Shown piece by piece: positions 26,513-39,179 of a stretch of 64,000 bases of DNA. Position 1 is the stretch's first letter, and each line of letters opens with the position of its first letter. The notes under the pieces were generated by a model. It made no database searches, had not been told where the DNA came from, and saw only the letters and a list, made by a program, of their open reading frames with translations. A program made the translations under genes and the position numbers. Source of the DNA: Octopus bimaculoides. Taxonomy: Eukaryota. The stretch covers positions 87,438,640 to 87,502,639 of the forward strand of contig NC_068990.1 of the NCBI RefSeq assembly GCF_001194135.2, given 5' to 3'.

Positions 26513-28158
26513 CATTGAATGTATATATATATGTATGAGCGTGTTTGTTTGTCCCGGCTCTGAGTACAAATGTCTTGTTTTCATAAGTTTTGAATTAAAA
26601 TCTTCCACCAAACCTTAATTACAATTTATGTTCGTAACACTAGCTTAATGATAACTAAGTTATTTTACTAAATTTTTTGTTATATTTAAAATAACAGAAA
26701 CACAGAACATCTCAAAACAAAGACAATAACAAAAGGGTTAAACAAGTGAATGAACGATATATATTTATTCTTAATGAAGGCGTTTTTCAATATTTAATTT
26801 GTGAAATTTAGCTTAGAGGTTTGAAAGTGAAAAGAAGTGATTTTAATGTAATAAAGATGATTTATTTAAACATTGAAGTAGAAAATATAAGTGAATTATT
26901 AATAATTAATGTTTATAATAAACCTATTCAATCTAAATTTTTCAAGTGACAGCACTGTCGGCTGCTTCAATCTGTGTTCCAGAATATGAATAGTTAGTGT
27001 TTTTCTAGTCAATAAATGAGATAGAATAGTTTAACGATTTGTTAATGTTATAAAGGGAAACGTACTAAAGACAATGAATGTATAAGGATACAGTACAATA
27101 TTGTTTATCTGACACTTTAATCGTATCCTCTGTAAACATAAAGGAGTGTTTAAGAAATTTTCTTTTATTACATATTACTAAGCGCAATTAGATACTGAGA
27201 TGTATTAGAGGTATAGAATATTTGAAATAATAATCACACAATTATTTAACATAATTCAGTATAGTTTAAGGTACTTTGTGAAGAGATCGGTAGAAATAAA
27301 CGGGTTATGTTTGGTTAAGTATCATATGTTTACTCTACGAAAATTCTCCACACAAATTAATTTAATCACTTTCAATTACTTTTTCTGCTTTCTGTCCTTT
27401 TCTTACACATTCTTTTCCTGTCATGTGCTCCTCTTTTACCTCCAAGCTGTCAACACTTCCACTTGTGAACCGAGTTCCTCCTCTGTCATCACTTCCATTT
27501 CCGCTTCGGTCTATCTAACCTTTGTCAATATAAAGGTGGGTCTCGTAAACCTTTTGTGCTAATGCTTCATGTGCCATTGCGAGTCCAACCGTCTGAGTTT
27601 TATTTTTTATTCAGGTACGAATATCGCATTATATTTTGTATATTTTTCGTGTGTATTTTGTATATTTTTTCGTTATTGCTCATATACAAACCCCATTTGT
27701 ATATTCCCAACACTGTTAAAATTGTCAGTACAAGTGGTCTTGTAACAAAACCATGCGGATAACTGATTGGTAGCTGAGGATGCGATGTTTCCTGTTTATG
27801 TAAAGTGTGTTTCATTCTTTCATTCTTGACTTTACTCTTTATAATCCTGCCCTATGTTTCTTCACATAAGTCTGAATTTATTGATATTTATGCACAGATT
27901 AGTTAAAAGGTTTATAAAGGAATTTATTTAAGTATATANNNNNNNNNNNNNNNNNNNNNNNNNNNNNNNNNNNNNNNNNNNNNNNNNNNNNNNNNNNNNN
28001 NNNNNNNNNNNNNNNNNNNNNNNNNNNNNNNNNNNNNNNNNNNNNNNNNNNNNNNNNNNNNNNNNNNNNNNNNNNNNNNNNNNNNNNNNNNNNNNNNNNN
28101 NNNNNNNNNNNNNNNNNNNNNNNNNNNNNNGTGTGTATATATGTGTGTGTGTGTGTTA

Positions 28159-28471
28159 TTTGTGAAATATAACGTGTCTTGAATGGCACAACAGTGCAGA
28201 GTGGACTATAATAACTGTTATAATTTAATTATTCATAGTCTGATGTAATATTTCGGAATATAAAAATTTCTTCTTTAGATATTGCTAGGAATTGATCGAG
28301 TCACTGCTTATAATCCGTTATAGCAGTGACTCGATCAATTCCTAGCAATATCTAAAGAAGAAATTTTTATATTCCGAAATATTACATCAGACTATGAATA
28401 ATTAAATTACAACACTTATTATAATCCACTCTGCATTGTTGTGCCATTCAAGACACGTTATATTCCACAAA
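28159..28471. repeat. 313-bp near-perfect inverted repeat (foldback)
   Basis: Arms of about 154 bp with 5 mismatches, a 1-nt bulge and a TCCG loop at 28314-28317. Confidence 0.97.
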
Positions 28472-28514
28472 CAATGCACAATGCTTCCAGCGAACTACAA
28501 TACTCTCATATATA

Positions 28515-28660
28515 TTTAGCTGAAATTTATAGAAAAACAAAAGACGAAGACAGATGTATGAACAACAAGAAAGTGTATTAGTTTGAGGCTAGGGAAAAAG
28601 GAAAAAGTCTGTTACGTTTCGTGCCTACGCACTTCAACAGAATATAATAAGAAATAAACA
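28515..28660 (-). repeat. (TA)n-anchored dispersed repeat, copy 2, with hammerhead-like motif
   Basis: Homologous to the copies at 6690 and 48963. The minus strand 28641-28608 reads UCUGUUGAAGUGCGUAGGCACGAAACGUAACAGA. Confidence 0.75.
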
Positions 28661-28799
28661 GAGAGAGAATGAAAAGACGTGTAGAGTTCAGCGGTCCAAC
28701 ATGATGTGTGTGTGTGTGGGGGTGTGTGTGTATACACGCGCAGATATATAAAAAAATATATGTATATGTATTTATATGTGTATATCTATCTTCCTACTT

Positions 28800-29160
28800 T
28801 TTTACTAGTTTTTGCTGGCGTTGCGGCCATGCCGAGGCACCACCGTTAGCGTTACTCCACTTTCACTAAACCTCCTCTGTTATGTGGCATTTGGTGAATG
28901 AGGGAGTTTGATGTTGCTGTCCTCAGCTGCATTTCTTGCTGCGAGGTAGGTTCATCCGGAACTCTTGACAGGAGGAAATCCAGTTTTTGTTTTGAAGACG
29001 TATACATCCACTCCGTGTATGTCTCTCATGCTTTGCGGTGGAGGGGGTGATATCGAAGAGCTGTGGGCTTTTGAAACCGAGGCTGTTGCAGTATCTGGCC
29101 CTGTGTTTTGATGACAATAATGGGATTTTTGGAACAATGCAGTGGTGCCCCGTTCTGCTA
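28800..29160 (-). mobile_element. CR1-like LINE 3' end
   Basis: CNSLGFKSPQLF...RDIHGVDVYVFKTK/LDFLLSRVPDEPTSQQEMQLRTATSNSLIHQ, with frameshifts. Confidence 0.75.
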
Positions 29161-29359
29161 TCTGTGTAATGTTAGGTACAAGTACTTCTAGGATTTTCTA
29201 ATTGCATATCACTGCATATCTATCCCGCCTTCGTTTTAGGGAGTAAAGACTTAACTTTTTCAGTCTCTCTTAGTAGCTGACAAGTCGCATTGAGATAGAA
29301 TTCTTTGTGTAACTTCGAGTTCTGTCATTAATTTTACAAAAATTAGGTAATTATTATTA

Positions 29360-29470
29360 TACGATGTGAACGAAGTTGTCTTCAAAAAGGAACTAGACAT
29401 TTTTCGCTCCACCATGCCGGCAGGAGGTATAGCGGATTCAAACTCCCTTATACACCGAATGGACCAACAG
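29360..29470 (+). mobile_element. Second CR1-like 3' fragment
   Basis: VVFKKELDIFRSTMPAGGIADSNSLIHR, similar to the FKxxLD...SNSLxHQ tail. Confidence 0.45.
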
Positions 29471-29959
29471 CCGGGACAAAAGCACATAGAGGAATGATGA
29501 TGTGAAATCATACCATGTTGAGAAAATGAACCGAAGTAAAGTTGCAAAATCATGGTGGTGCTCCAGATTGACAGCAGCTGAATGGCTGAAATGGACAAAG
29601 GAATAAAAAGAGAACATGTATATAGTCATACATAAGTAATTGTTTCTTGGTCCACTCTCGGCGATCAAATACGGAAACCTCATAAATGAGAAGCACACTT
29701 GAGTGACCGTGTGTCACCCAAATATTCTTATGAATTATGAGAAGAACCACGACTCGTACGACTCAGCCAAAATTGGGCGGTTGATTCTTGAAAATAAAAA
29801 CACGAGACATTTACAGGTTCACAATGATATTTTTTCATTTGTTTCGTTTATTTCAACATTTACAGTCCGTAGATAAATATAAATATAAATAAGTATGAAT
29901 AAATATAGAAACATTTATAGTCAACATAATCTTTTATATAAATATAACATCCAATTCAC

Positions 29960-30021
<62 letters not shown>

Positions 30022-30647
30022 NNNNNNNNNNNNNNNNNNNNNNNNNNNNNNNNNNNNNNNNNNNNNNNNNNNNNNNNNNNNNNNNNNNNNNNNNNNNNNN
30101 NNNNNNNNNNNNNNNNNNNNNNNNNNNNNNNNNNNNNNNNNNNNNNNNNNNNNNNNNNNNNNNNNNNNNNNNNNNNNNNNNNNNNNNNNNNNNNNNNNNN
30201 NNNNNNNNNNNNNNNNNNNNNNNNNNTATATATATACGTGTGTGTGTATGTATGTATGTATGTATGTATGTATGTATGTATGTATATAGATGTATACCTG
30301 TTGGTTCGTAAGAGCAAGACTTTCACATACGGAATAAAGTACTCAATACTTCAATAATTCAATACTTCAATACTAAGTTATTTCATATTATAGACATTGA
30401 TTGAAACATAATTATATCTGTAAATTGGACACCAATGTAAAATTTTACATATATATATATACACACATACATATATATGTACATATATATGCATATTCAT
30501 GCCTGTATAGTATATAGGTGTATATATTTGTTTATGTGTATGTAAAAGGAATGTATGTACAGATGTATTTATGTATGTACGAATATAAACATACATAAAT
30601 ATAGTTGAATAATCGTATGTATAAATATATATTTGCAAAAAAAAAAT

Positions 30648-30740
30648 ATCATATACATACATACAGACGTGTGTGTATATATATACATACATACAGACAT
30701 GTGTGTATATATATACATACATACAGACGTGTGTGTATAT
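30648..30740. repeat. Higher-order microsatellite repeat, about 30-bp unit x3
   Basis: tatacatacatacagac(g/a)tgtgtgtatata repeated. Confidence 0.85.
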
Positions 30741-30888
30741 GTGTATGCGTGCGTGAGTGTGTGTCTGTGTGTTTGTATGTATATATATTTATGTTCATAC
30801 TTTCAATCACAGTCAAATTTACATATTCCCATAATGATGCACACATGTGCAAACACGCACACGCACATGGGCGCGTGCCAATGCATAG

Positions 30889-30930
<42 letters not shown>

Positions 30931-31117
30931 TTATTTTTATATACCCAACTTGGACATAGAAAATAGAACATGGTTTACGTGGAGCGGATGGAGATATCTC
31001 TGGTTTACACTGCTACATTAGGTTTTATATGTATACATACATATATACATACGTATGTTTATGGGTATATGTGTGTGCATGTATATATGTATGTATATGC
31101 ATATATACATGCACATA

Positions 31118-31368
31118 CAGTAATCCCTCGCCATATCGCGGTCCACTATCGCGGTTCACTATCGCGGTTCACCTATCGCGGTTTATTATTTAAGCTTATG
31201 TCGATTCCTTCGTGGTGTTGTTTTGCATTTATAATAAAAAATATATATTCAAATTATAAAAATAATAACAAAAGATATACAGTACAGTACTGCTTCTACT
31301 TCGCGGATTTTCTATATCGCGGGGATGGGATTTGCAACTTAACATCCACGATAGTCTCGGAATTACTA
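31118..31368. mobile_element. Tigger/pogo-like MITE
   Basis: TA|CAGTAATCCCTCG... and ...CGGAATTACTA|TA imperfect TIRs, with internal tandem ctatcgcggttca repeats. Confidence 0.75.
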
Positions 31369-31597
31369 TATNNNNNNNNNNNNNNNNNNNNNNNNNNNNN
31401 NNNNNNNNNNNNNNNNNNNNNNNNNNNNNNNNNNNNNNNNNNNNNNNNNNNNNNNNNNNNNNNNNNNNNNNNNNNNNNNNNATATATATATACGAACCTA
31501 CCTGATATTGTCGAAGAAAAATATCATATACATGTATTTATACATATACAAATATATATATATATACATATATACATACATACACACGCACACATCG

Positions 31598-31628
<31 letters not shown>

Positions 31629-33159
31629 ATGCAATTTATTCACATACGCACACATATATTGTTTAATGATATGATATTATTTAATGATCTATTGGTGCTT
31701 CAAATTAATTGTAGTTGACGTTTTCTTATATTCTTTGTGAGACGGTGGCAGTTTGCAACGGTAATGGCGTTCCATTAGTAAAATCTTTGGCACACTGGCT
31801 CTCATCATTTTGCAGAAGATGAGGACCCTGATGGTCCGTAAACATTAATGAAAGTTATAGGGATTTTCCTGTTTTAAACTGTTTGCAAAGATGTCATACA
31901 AAATATTACAACCCCTCTATAGGAAAGAAAATTTACTTGAACGCGGTCGTATTTTTGATATTTTAAAAATATAAACTGCTTTATTAATGACTTGTGAGTT
32001 CTTGGTATTTCGTTACGCAAACATAATATACTATAAACTATATTAAATGCTTTTACGAGTCAACACCATGTACTCCTACGTTAGCGGTGCTCTTGACGTT
32101 ATTTTGTTATTTCTACTGAAATTATAGTCAGCACTTATTTTTGCTACAAAGTTTTGTATCTGGATGTCAGATATAAACAAATAATGAGCTCGGAAACAAA
32201 AAGGACCTGATGAAAGCAATGGATTGTTGCATTAACAAATATTCAGAAGGGATCATGAAAATGTGATTAAATCCTCACCGCCGGATTTAAAGTCTTCAAT
32301 CGTTAACTCATGATTAATTTAATAGAAGGTTTCATGCATGTTCTACCTGTGTGTTCTTAATTAGCTGTCTGTTGCTATTAATAAAGCTTCTAGAGCTACG
32401 AATCACAAAAAGTGACAACACAATGATATCAGATCATGACATCATCCAGTAGATGAGATTAAGTGAGTCTTGAGACTTAAAATTATTTCCTGATAATATC
32501 ATATGCCTAACAAAAATTTGATTATACATTAACAGATTTATAGGAATTGACATTACAAAGAATAACAAAAGTAAGTTGTATTTGAAAGATTATTATCTTA
32601 CAAGACTATTTCACCTGCAAGCAAATATACTGTGGTCATAATATGAAAGTAGCTCTAAATTCGCAAAGAAAATTAAATTGAACTAAAATGCAAATGTAAT
32701 TAGTTGTTTAAACGTGAGAAATCACACATAGTAAAATAGAAAGCCGCCACAATGCAATTGGAGAGAAGATTAAACAGAAATATAAACAACACTGAACTCA
32801 TTTTTCATACTTTTATTTTATAATTATTAACTGTCATTAAAACTTAAATATTAGTTCATATTTACATTTTTACATTTTTCCTAACTAAATAACTTCATAT
32901 CTTTCTAAATGACTGCTATTATATTCCACAACGACGAACGCAAACTTCATCACTATTATACACACACAACAAACACACTGACACATAGACACATATTCAC
33001 TGACACATATAATGTGTGTGTGTGTGTATATATATATATATTTATTTATTTATATATGCATATATATATGTATGTACACACACACAAACATATATATATG
33101 CATATATATATATATGTATATATATATACATATATATATGTATATATATGTACGTATAC

Positions 33160-33208
<49 letters not shown>

Positions 33209-33601
33209 CATGCATTGATTGTCTTATTTATCGAAAAAACTANNNNNNNNNNNNNNNNNNNNNNNNNNNNNNNNNNNNNNNNNNNNNNNNNNNNNNNNNN
33301 NNNNNNNNNNNNNNNNNNNNNNNNNNNNNNNNNNNNNNNNNNNNNNNNNNNNNNNNNNNNNNNNNNNNNNNNNNNNNNNNNNNNNNNNNNNNNNNNNNNN
33401 NNNNNNNNNNNNNNNNNNNNNNNNNNNNNNNNNNNNNNNNNNNNNNNNNNNNNNNNNNNNNNNNNNNNNNNNNNNNNNNNNNNNNNNNNNNNNNNNNNNN
33501 NNNNNNNNNNNNNNNNNNNNNNNNNNNNNNNNNNNNNNNNNNNNNNNNNNNNNNNNNNNNNNNNNNNNNNNNNNNNNNNNNNNNNNNNNNNNNNNNNNNN
33601 N

Positions 33602-33669
<68 letters not shown>

Positions 33670-33981
33670 CATGCATTGATTGTCTTATTTATCGAAAAAA
33701 CTATAACATTCAACAGTTGAATCGTGTATAAAAATGTATAAATTTTGGGAGAAAGAATCAAGCTATATATTTGGAAAAGGTCTCATTATTGTAAAAGTTA
33801 AAAGAATGTCCATGTCATTTCATATTTGCAGCAGAGTAACAAACTCGTGGAATATTTTTACATAAAAATAATTCTCCGACACATGAGAAAATATATTTAG
33901 TTTGTTGTTTTCCAGGTTAATCAAACATAATTTAAAAATATAGTTCTCACTTGAGTTTTCAGCAAGTGTTTCCTACATATG

Positions 33982-34015
<34 letters not shown>

Positions 34016-34029
34016 ATGTGTGTGTGTAC

Positions 34030-34061
<32 letters not shown>

Positions 34062-34914
34062 NNNNNNNNNNNNNNNNNNNNNNNNNNNNNNNNNNNNNNN
34101 NNNNNNNNNNNNNNNNNNNNNNNNNNNNNNNNNNNNNNNNNNNNNNNNNNNNNNNNNNNNNNNNNNNNNNNNNNNNNNNNNNNNNNNNNNNNNNNNNNNN
34201 NNNNNNNNNNNNNNNNNNNNNNNNNNNNNNNNNNNNNNNNNNNNNNNNNNNNNNNNNNNNNNNNNNNNNNNNNNNNNNNNNNNNNNNNNNNNNNNNNNNN
34301 NNNNNNNNNNNNNNNNNNNNNNNNNNNNNNNNNNNNNNNNNNNNNNNNNNNNNNNNNNNNNNNNNNNNNNNNNNNNNNNNNNNNNNNNNNNNNNNNNNNN
34401 NNNNNNNNNNNNNNNNNNNNNNNNNNNNNNNNNNNNNNNNNNNNNNNNNNNNNNNNNNNNNNNNNNNNNNNNNNNNNNNNNNNNNNNNNNNNNNNNNNNN
34501 NNNNNNNNNNNNNNNNNNNNNNNNNNNNNNNNNNNNNNNNNNNNNNNNNNNNNNNNNNNNNNNNNNNNNNNNNNNNNNNNNNNNNNNNNNNNNNNNNNNN
34601 NNNNNNNNNNNNNNNNNNNNNNNNNNNNNNNNNNNNNNNNNNNNNNNNNNNNNNNNNNNNNNNNNNNNNNNNNNNNNNNNNNNNNNNNNNNNNNNNNNNN
34701 NNNNNNNNNNNNNNNNNNNNNNNNNNNNNNNNNNNNNNNNNNNNNNNNNNNNNNNNNNNNNNNNNNNNNNNNNNNNNNNNNNNNNNNNNNNNNNNNNNNN
34801 NNNNNNNNNNNNNNNNNNNNNNNNNNNNNNNNNNNNNNNNNNNNNNNNNNNNNNNNNNNNNNNNNNNNNNNNNNNNNNNNNNNNNNNNNNNNNNNNNNNN
34901 NNNNNNNNNNNNNN

Positions 34915-34952
<38 letters not shown>

Positions 34953-34969
34953 TCATATATATATGTATG

Positions 34970-35003
<34 letters not shown>

Positions 35004-35017
35004 ATGTGTGTGTGTAC

Positions 35018-35049
<32 letters not shown>

Positions 35050-35675
35050 GTACATATACATACTTGAATATACATGCATACACATAATTTACCAATGAAA
35101 CTCCGGCTTGGTATTGAAATTGCCTTTTAAAGTTGGCTGGATGTGGTTCATCATTGAGCGGGTGGATATACATTAAAACAGACAATGAAAAAGCAGAACA
35201 TCTGGCATCATACTCGACCATTTAATACATAATTTATTATAAACACATAGTGCAGAGTAGTTATAATAAATACGATCACATGCTTAGCTATTCTAGAAAC
35301 AGCTGTAAGAGGCTTTACGTATTTACTACAAATACTCTGCATTATGTTTATATTATAACCCTTCTAGTTAAACTGATTAATTATGTGTGTTATTTACATA
35401 GCTAAATACATTATGATGTTCTATAGCTTTGAAACAGCTGTTCATCACAATTAAATTAAGAACTATATGTGACATTATGCTGTTCTCCTTTTTTCGTACG
35501 ATTTTGTATATACATGCAAATTTATTCCACAATGATTTACTGCACTGTGATCAGGTATTGAGGATTAACGATGTGTTATCAATTGCGTTCTTAATTACAT
35601 TGGATATACTTTTTATATTTGGACGTCAGTTCTTTATATAGATTACTGTATACACATATATGTATACGCATATAC

Positions 35676-35797
35676 CCCTTTCTACTCTAGGCGCAAGGCC
35701 CAAAATTTTAGGGGAGGGGGCCAGTCGATTAGATCTACGCCAGTACGCAACTAGTACTTAATTTATCGACCCTAAAAGGATGAAATGCAAAGTCGAC
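35676..35797 (-). mobile_element. Main-family SINE, 5'-truncated
   Basis: Tail and central domain present. The copy stops at gtcgac and runs into (CT)n. Confidence 0.88.
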
Positions 35798-36704
35798 TCT
35801 CTCTCTCTATGTACGTACATATGTATATANNNNNNNNNNNNNNNNNNNNNNNNNNNNNNNNNNNNNNNNNNNNNNNNNNNNNNNNNNNNNNNNNNNNNNN
35901 NNNNNNNNNNNNNNNNNNNNNNNNNNNNNNNNNNNNNNNNNNNNNNNNNNNNNNNNNNNNNNNNNNNNNNNNNNNNNNNNNNNNNNNNNNNNNNNNNNNN
36001 NNNNNNNNNNNNNNNNNNNNNNNNNNNNNNNNNNNNNNNNNNNNNNNNNNNNNNNNNNNNNNNNNNNNNNNNNNNNNNTATATATATATGTATATGAATG
36101 TGTATGTATATATATATATATATATATATTTATGTATGTATGCGTGTATATATAAATTCATACATGCACATATGTGAGTAGTGGATGGATATGCTGTCAG
36201 GAATTTTAAACTAACGTCGTGACTTAAGCGGGCAACAAAATTCTGATACTAAAAAATATCAATATATTCCACCGAACTTGATGCGTTCGATTGGCAGTAA
36301 ACAAAAATACATTTTGAAAGCTAAATATAGCTTTATATGTCATACAAATTAACAAATTTACTAACCATGGCATGTAGGAAGACGGCGCTCTGGAAATAGC
36401 ACGAGCTATTTATTATGAATATTTACATATTTACATAGGAGTAGACAGTGAACTGGAAAGGAGAAATTCCAAGTAGCGACTTTGGCACATTCAGCGTTGA
36501 AGAAGAATATAAATATATATATTTCATATTTGTATTTATAAGAATTCATATATATGAATATAGATATTTAAATAAATACATATATACACTCATATATATA
36601 TATATGAAAGTATGAATATATATGAATATGGATAATTAGATCAATACATATATACACTTATATATGTATATATATATATATATATAGATAGATATAGATA
36701 TATA

Positions 36705-37652
36705 CAGGGTGCAATGGGTAAATTGTTGCTATTTTATATTCTTAATTTCATTCATGCGCATTGTTTGTTTTGGATTTTGTCGACTACACAGTACAGTAGG
36801 GTCAGCTAGGCACCGTCTGTGAGAAAAACAGTACCATTACGCTATTCACTCTGCCAGAAATTTGAAAATGACATACTCTACTGCTTGGCATTCGCACCGG
36901 AAGCTCCAATATGAACATTTCAGAATGTTTGGGTGTCAACCTGAGGATAGACCGCGCTACGAAGCTTTTGAAGCAACTCAAACACCACCTCCAATCGAAC
37001 ATGCATTGGTTTATCTCAGACGAGAAAAACAACCGTCGGCTTGGTGAGTCCCCAAAATATGTAACTAGAGTCATACAAAAAAAAAAACATTCATTCAACA
37101 CTATGGTGTTTCGAGTGCTCTCTAGTGAAGCATAACGTCATCATGCCTCAGACTCAACAGACGGCTTCAGTCTCAACACAGAAGCATAGATGAAGTACCT
37201 GGAGGAGGTAGTGCTGCCCTGAGGGAAGAGGGTACCTGCTGGGAGACCCTGTCTGGCAACATTCATGGATATCAGACATTTTCTGCGACCACATCACTCC
37301 TAGCATCTGGCCGCCTAACTCCCCACACTGCAACCCCCTTGATTATTAGGTGTGGGGCACAGTCGAGCGAGAAACCAACAATACTCCTTGTAATACCAAA
37401 GATGAACTGAAGGCAAGGATTATGGCAGCGTTCACCAATTTAAACAAAGGGATCGTCCAGAAGAGTTGCAGGAGATTCTGAGGTTGTCTGGAGGCTGTGG
37501 TTGAAGCCAGTGGTGATTTTATTGAATAAATTAATTCTTTAGTATTTCAAGCTATTTTTATGTAATTTTAATAAATATATCTGTTAAAATAAAATGTCAG
37601 TGTTATTTACATTTTCTCATAATTTAGATGACAGTTTATTCACTGCAACCTG
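36705..37652 (+). mobile_element. Internally deleted maT/DD37D-like mariner with both TIRs
   Basis: TA|CAGGGTGCAATGGGTAAA... and ...TTTATTCACTGCAACCTG|TA. Relic peptides MNISECLGVNLR and WPPNSPHCNPLDY*VWGTVERETN...LEAVVEASGDFIE*. Confidence 0.87.
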
Positions 37653-37899
37653 TATATATATCCATACAAATGTAAGCATTATATATATAAGTATTTATTT
37701 ATTTATACATATGTAAACAAATATACATGTATATGTATTGATAAATGTACATATAGGTATTGCTATATATAAATATGTATGTATGTCTGTATATATATAT
37801 GTANNNNNNNNNNTGTATGTATATATTAGCCGGTTTCCCGTAAACGAGCAAAACCATTGCTAAAAGGAATCATTAAAAGGAGTCATTGATGATGTAATG

Positions 37900-38215
37900 T
37901 GAGTTCCTTGTATGACTCGGTCCTTGTATGACTCTTGAGCCCGGCCAAAGATTTGCACATTCTATTGCACAATGCACAATGTGCTGGCTGGCAGCAGAAA
38001 CAGATACCACAGTATGAAGTCTTTTGACATGACTTTTCAGTCCTCCAGCTGAAAGCACATCTTTCCACAAGTTGCACATGTTCTGTTTTAAACAATAGCC
38101 GTATCACAGTTTACTAGGGTTTCATTGCTGTGGCTTCTCTGATGGCTGACCAGGCCTGCACGACTCAAGCATTTCTTCCCACAAATCATACACGTGAAAA
38201 GCAATACTCCTTCAT
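37900..38215 (-). pseudogene. Three decayed C2H2 fingers, probably a LINE C-terminus
   Basis: FTCMICGKKCLSRAGLVSHQRSH, TCATCGKMC/SAGGLKSHVKRLH and CALCNRMCKSLAGLKSHTR, with 1 stop, 2 frameshifts and no TGEKP linkers. Confidence 0.65.
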
Positions 38216-38224
38216 TTTCTACAA

Positions 38225-38292
<68 letters not shown>

Positions 38293-38372
38293 GTATGTAA
38301 AANNNNNNNNNNNNNNNNNNNNNNNCCCACAAATCATACACGTGAAAAGCAATACTCCTTCATTTTCTACAA

Positions 38373-38436
<64 letters not shown>

Positions 38437-38577
38437 GTATGTAAAATATCGGGGTTTAGTTCACAGGTGGTCTAAATGACCAGGTACGCTGGGTAAGTGC
38501 TGTAACGGATTACCGGGGCCCCAAGCTCATAGCCGAGACGGGAATTATGGAACGATTGTAGATTTCCGATGCAGCGG

Positions 38578-38633
38578 ATATATAATTGTTAAAAAGGACA
38601 ACAGACGTTAAGGCAAGACAATCATCTCAAGTC

Positions 38634-38686
<53 letters not shown>

Positions 38687-38741
38687 GTATATGACTTGAG
38701 ATGTTTGTCTTACCTTAACGTGTGTTGTCCTCTTTAACCAT

Positions 38742-38748
<7 letters not shown>
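38578..38748. mobile_element. MITE-like element with 57-bp inverted repeats around an (AAT)n core
   Basis: 38578-38635 versus the reverse complement of 38691-38748 shows 5 mismatches. The ends lie in TA repeats. Confidence 0.8.
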
Positions 38749-38774
<26 letters not shown>

Positions 38775-39179
38775 ATATATATATATTTATATACAATAGA
38801 AACAAACTGGAAAAACACCGGGAAGGTGGACAATTTTTTTTATAGAGTTATTTTTGCTACATTTCTTGTATAGAATATTTGAAGGAGGTCAAGATTTTGT
38901 TACCAAAATTCACCAATAGAACTGTGGCCCACTTTAATGGAAATGTGTCTTTTGTGCTTGAATGCTGGTGAAACTAAATTCTGGTGTGGACTAAATAATC
39001 CAACTCAAATCTGACGGCCGAGAGCCTTTATTATTATTATTATTATTATTATTGTTATTATTATTATTATTATTATTATTGTTGTTGTTAACAGTTTCAT
39101 GCGAGCTTCTACTGTTCCAGCACGTGCACATCCTTATTTATGAAGTGCGCACTTTACTTCTTTCTGGGAATGTAAAATT

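Noticed and set aside
31815-31852. aagatga-GGACC-ctgat-GGTCC-gtaaac hammerhead-like hairpin
   Set aside because: Both catalytic boxes are altered, and no stem I or III could be found.
32909-35221. Long ORFs of 150-420 aa in the track (also near 8136, 12873, 19556, 29895 and 62945)
   Set aside because: They consist of N gaps and (TA)n, (TG)n or (TATG)n repeats that lack stop codons. They are not genes.
35095-35221. Protein-like stretch [11 protein letters not shown]...YQAGVSL followed by gtaaat
   Set aside because: No acceptor context, homology or partner exon could be identified.
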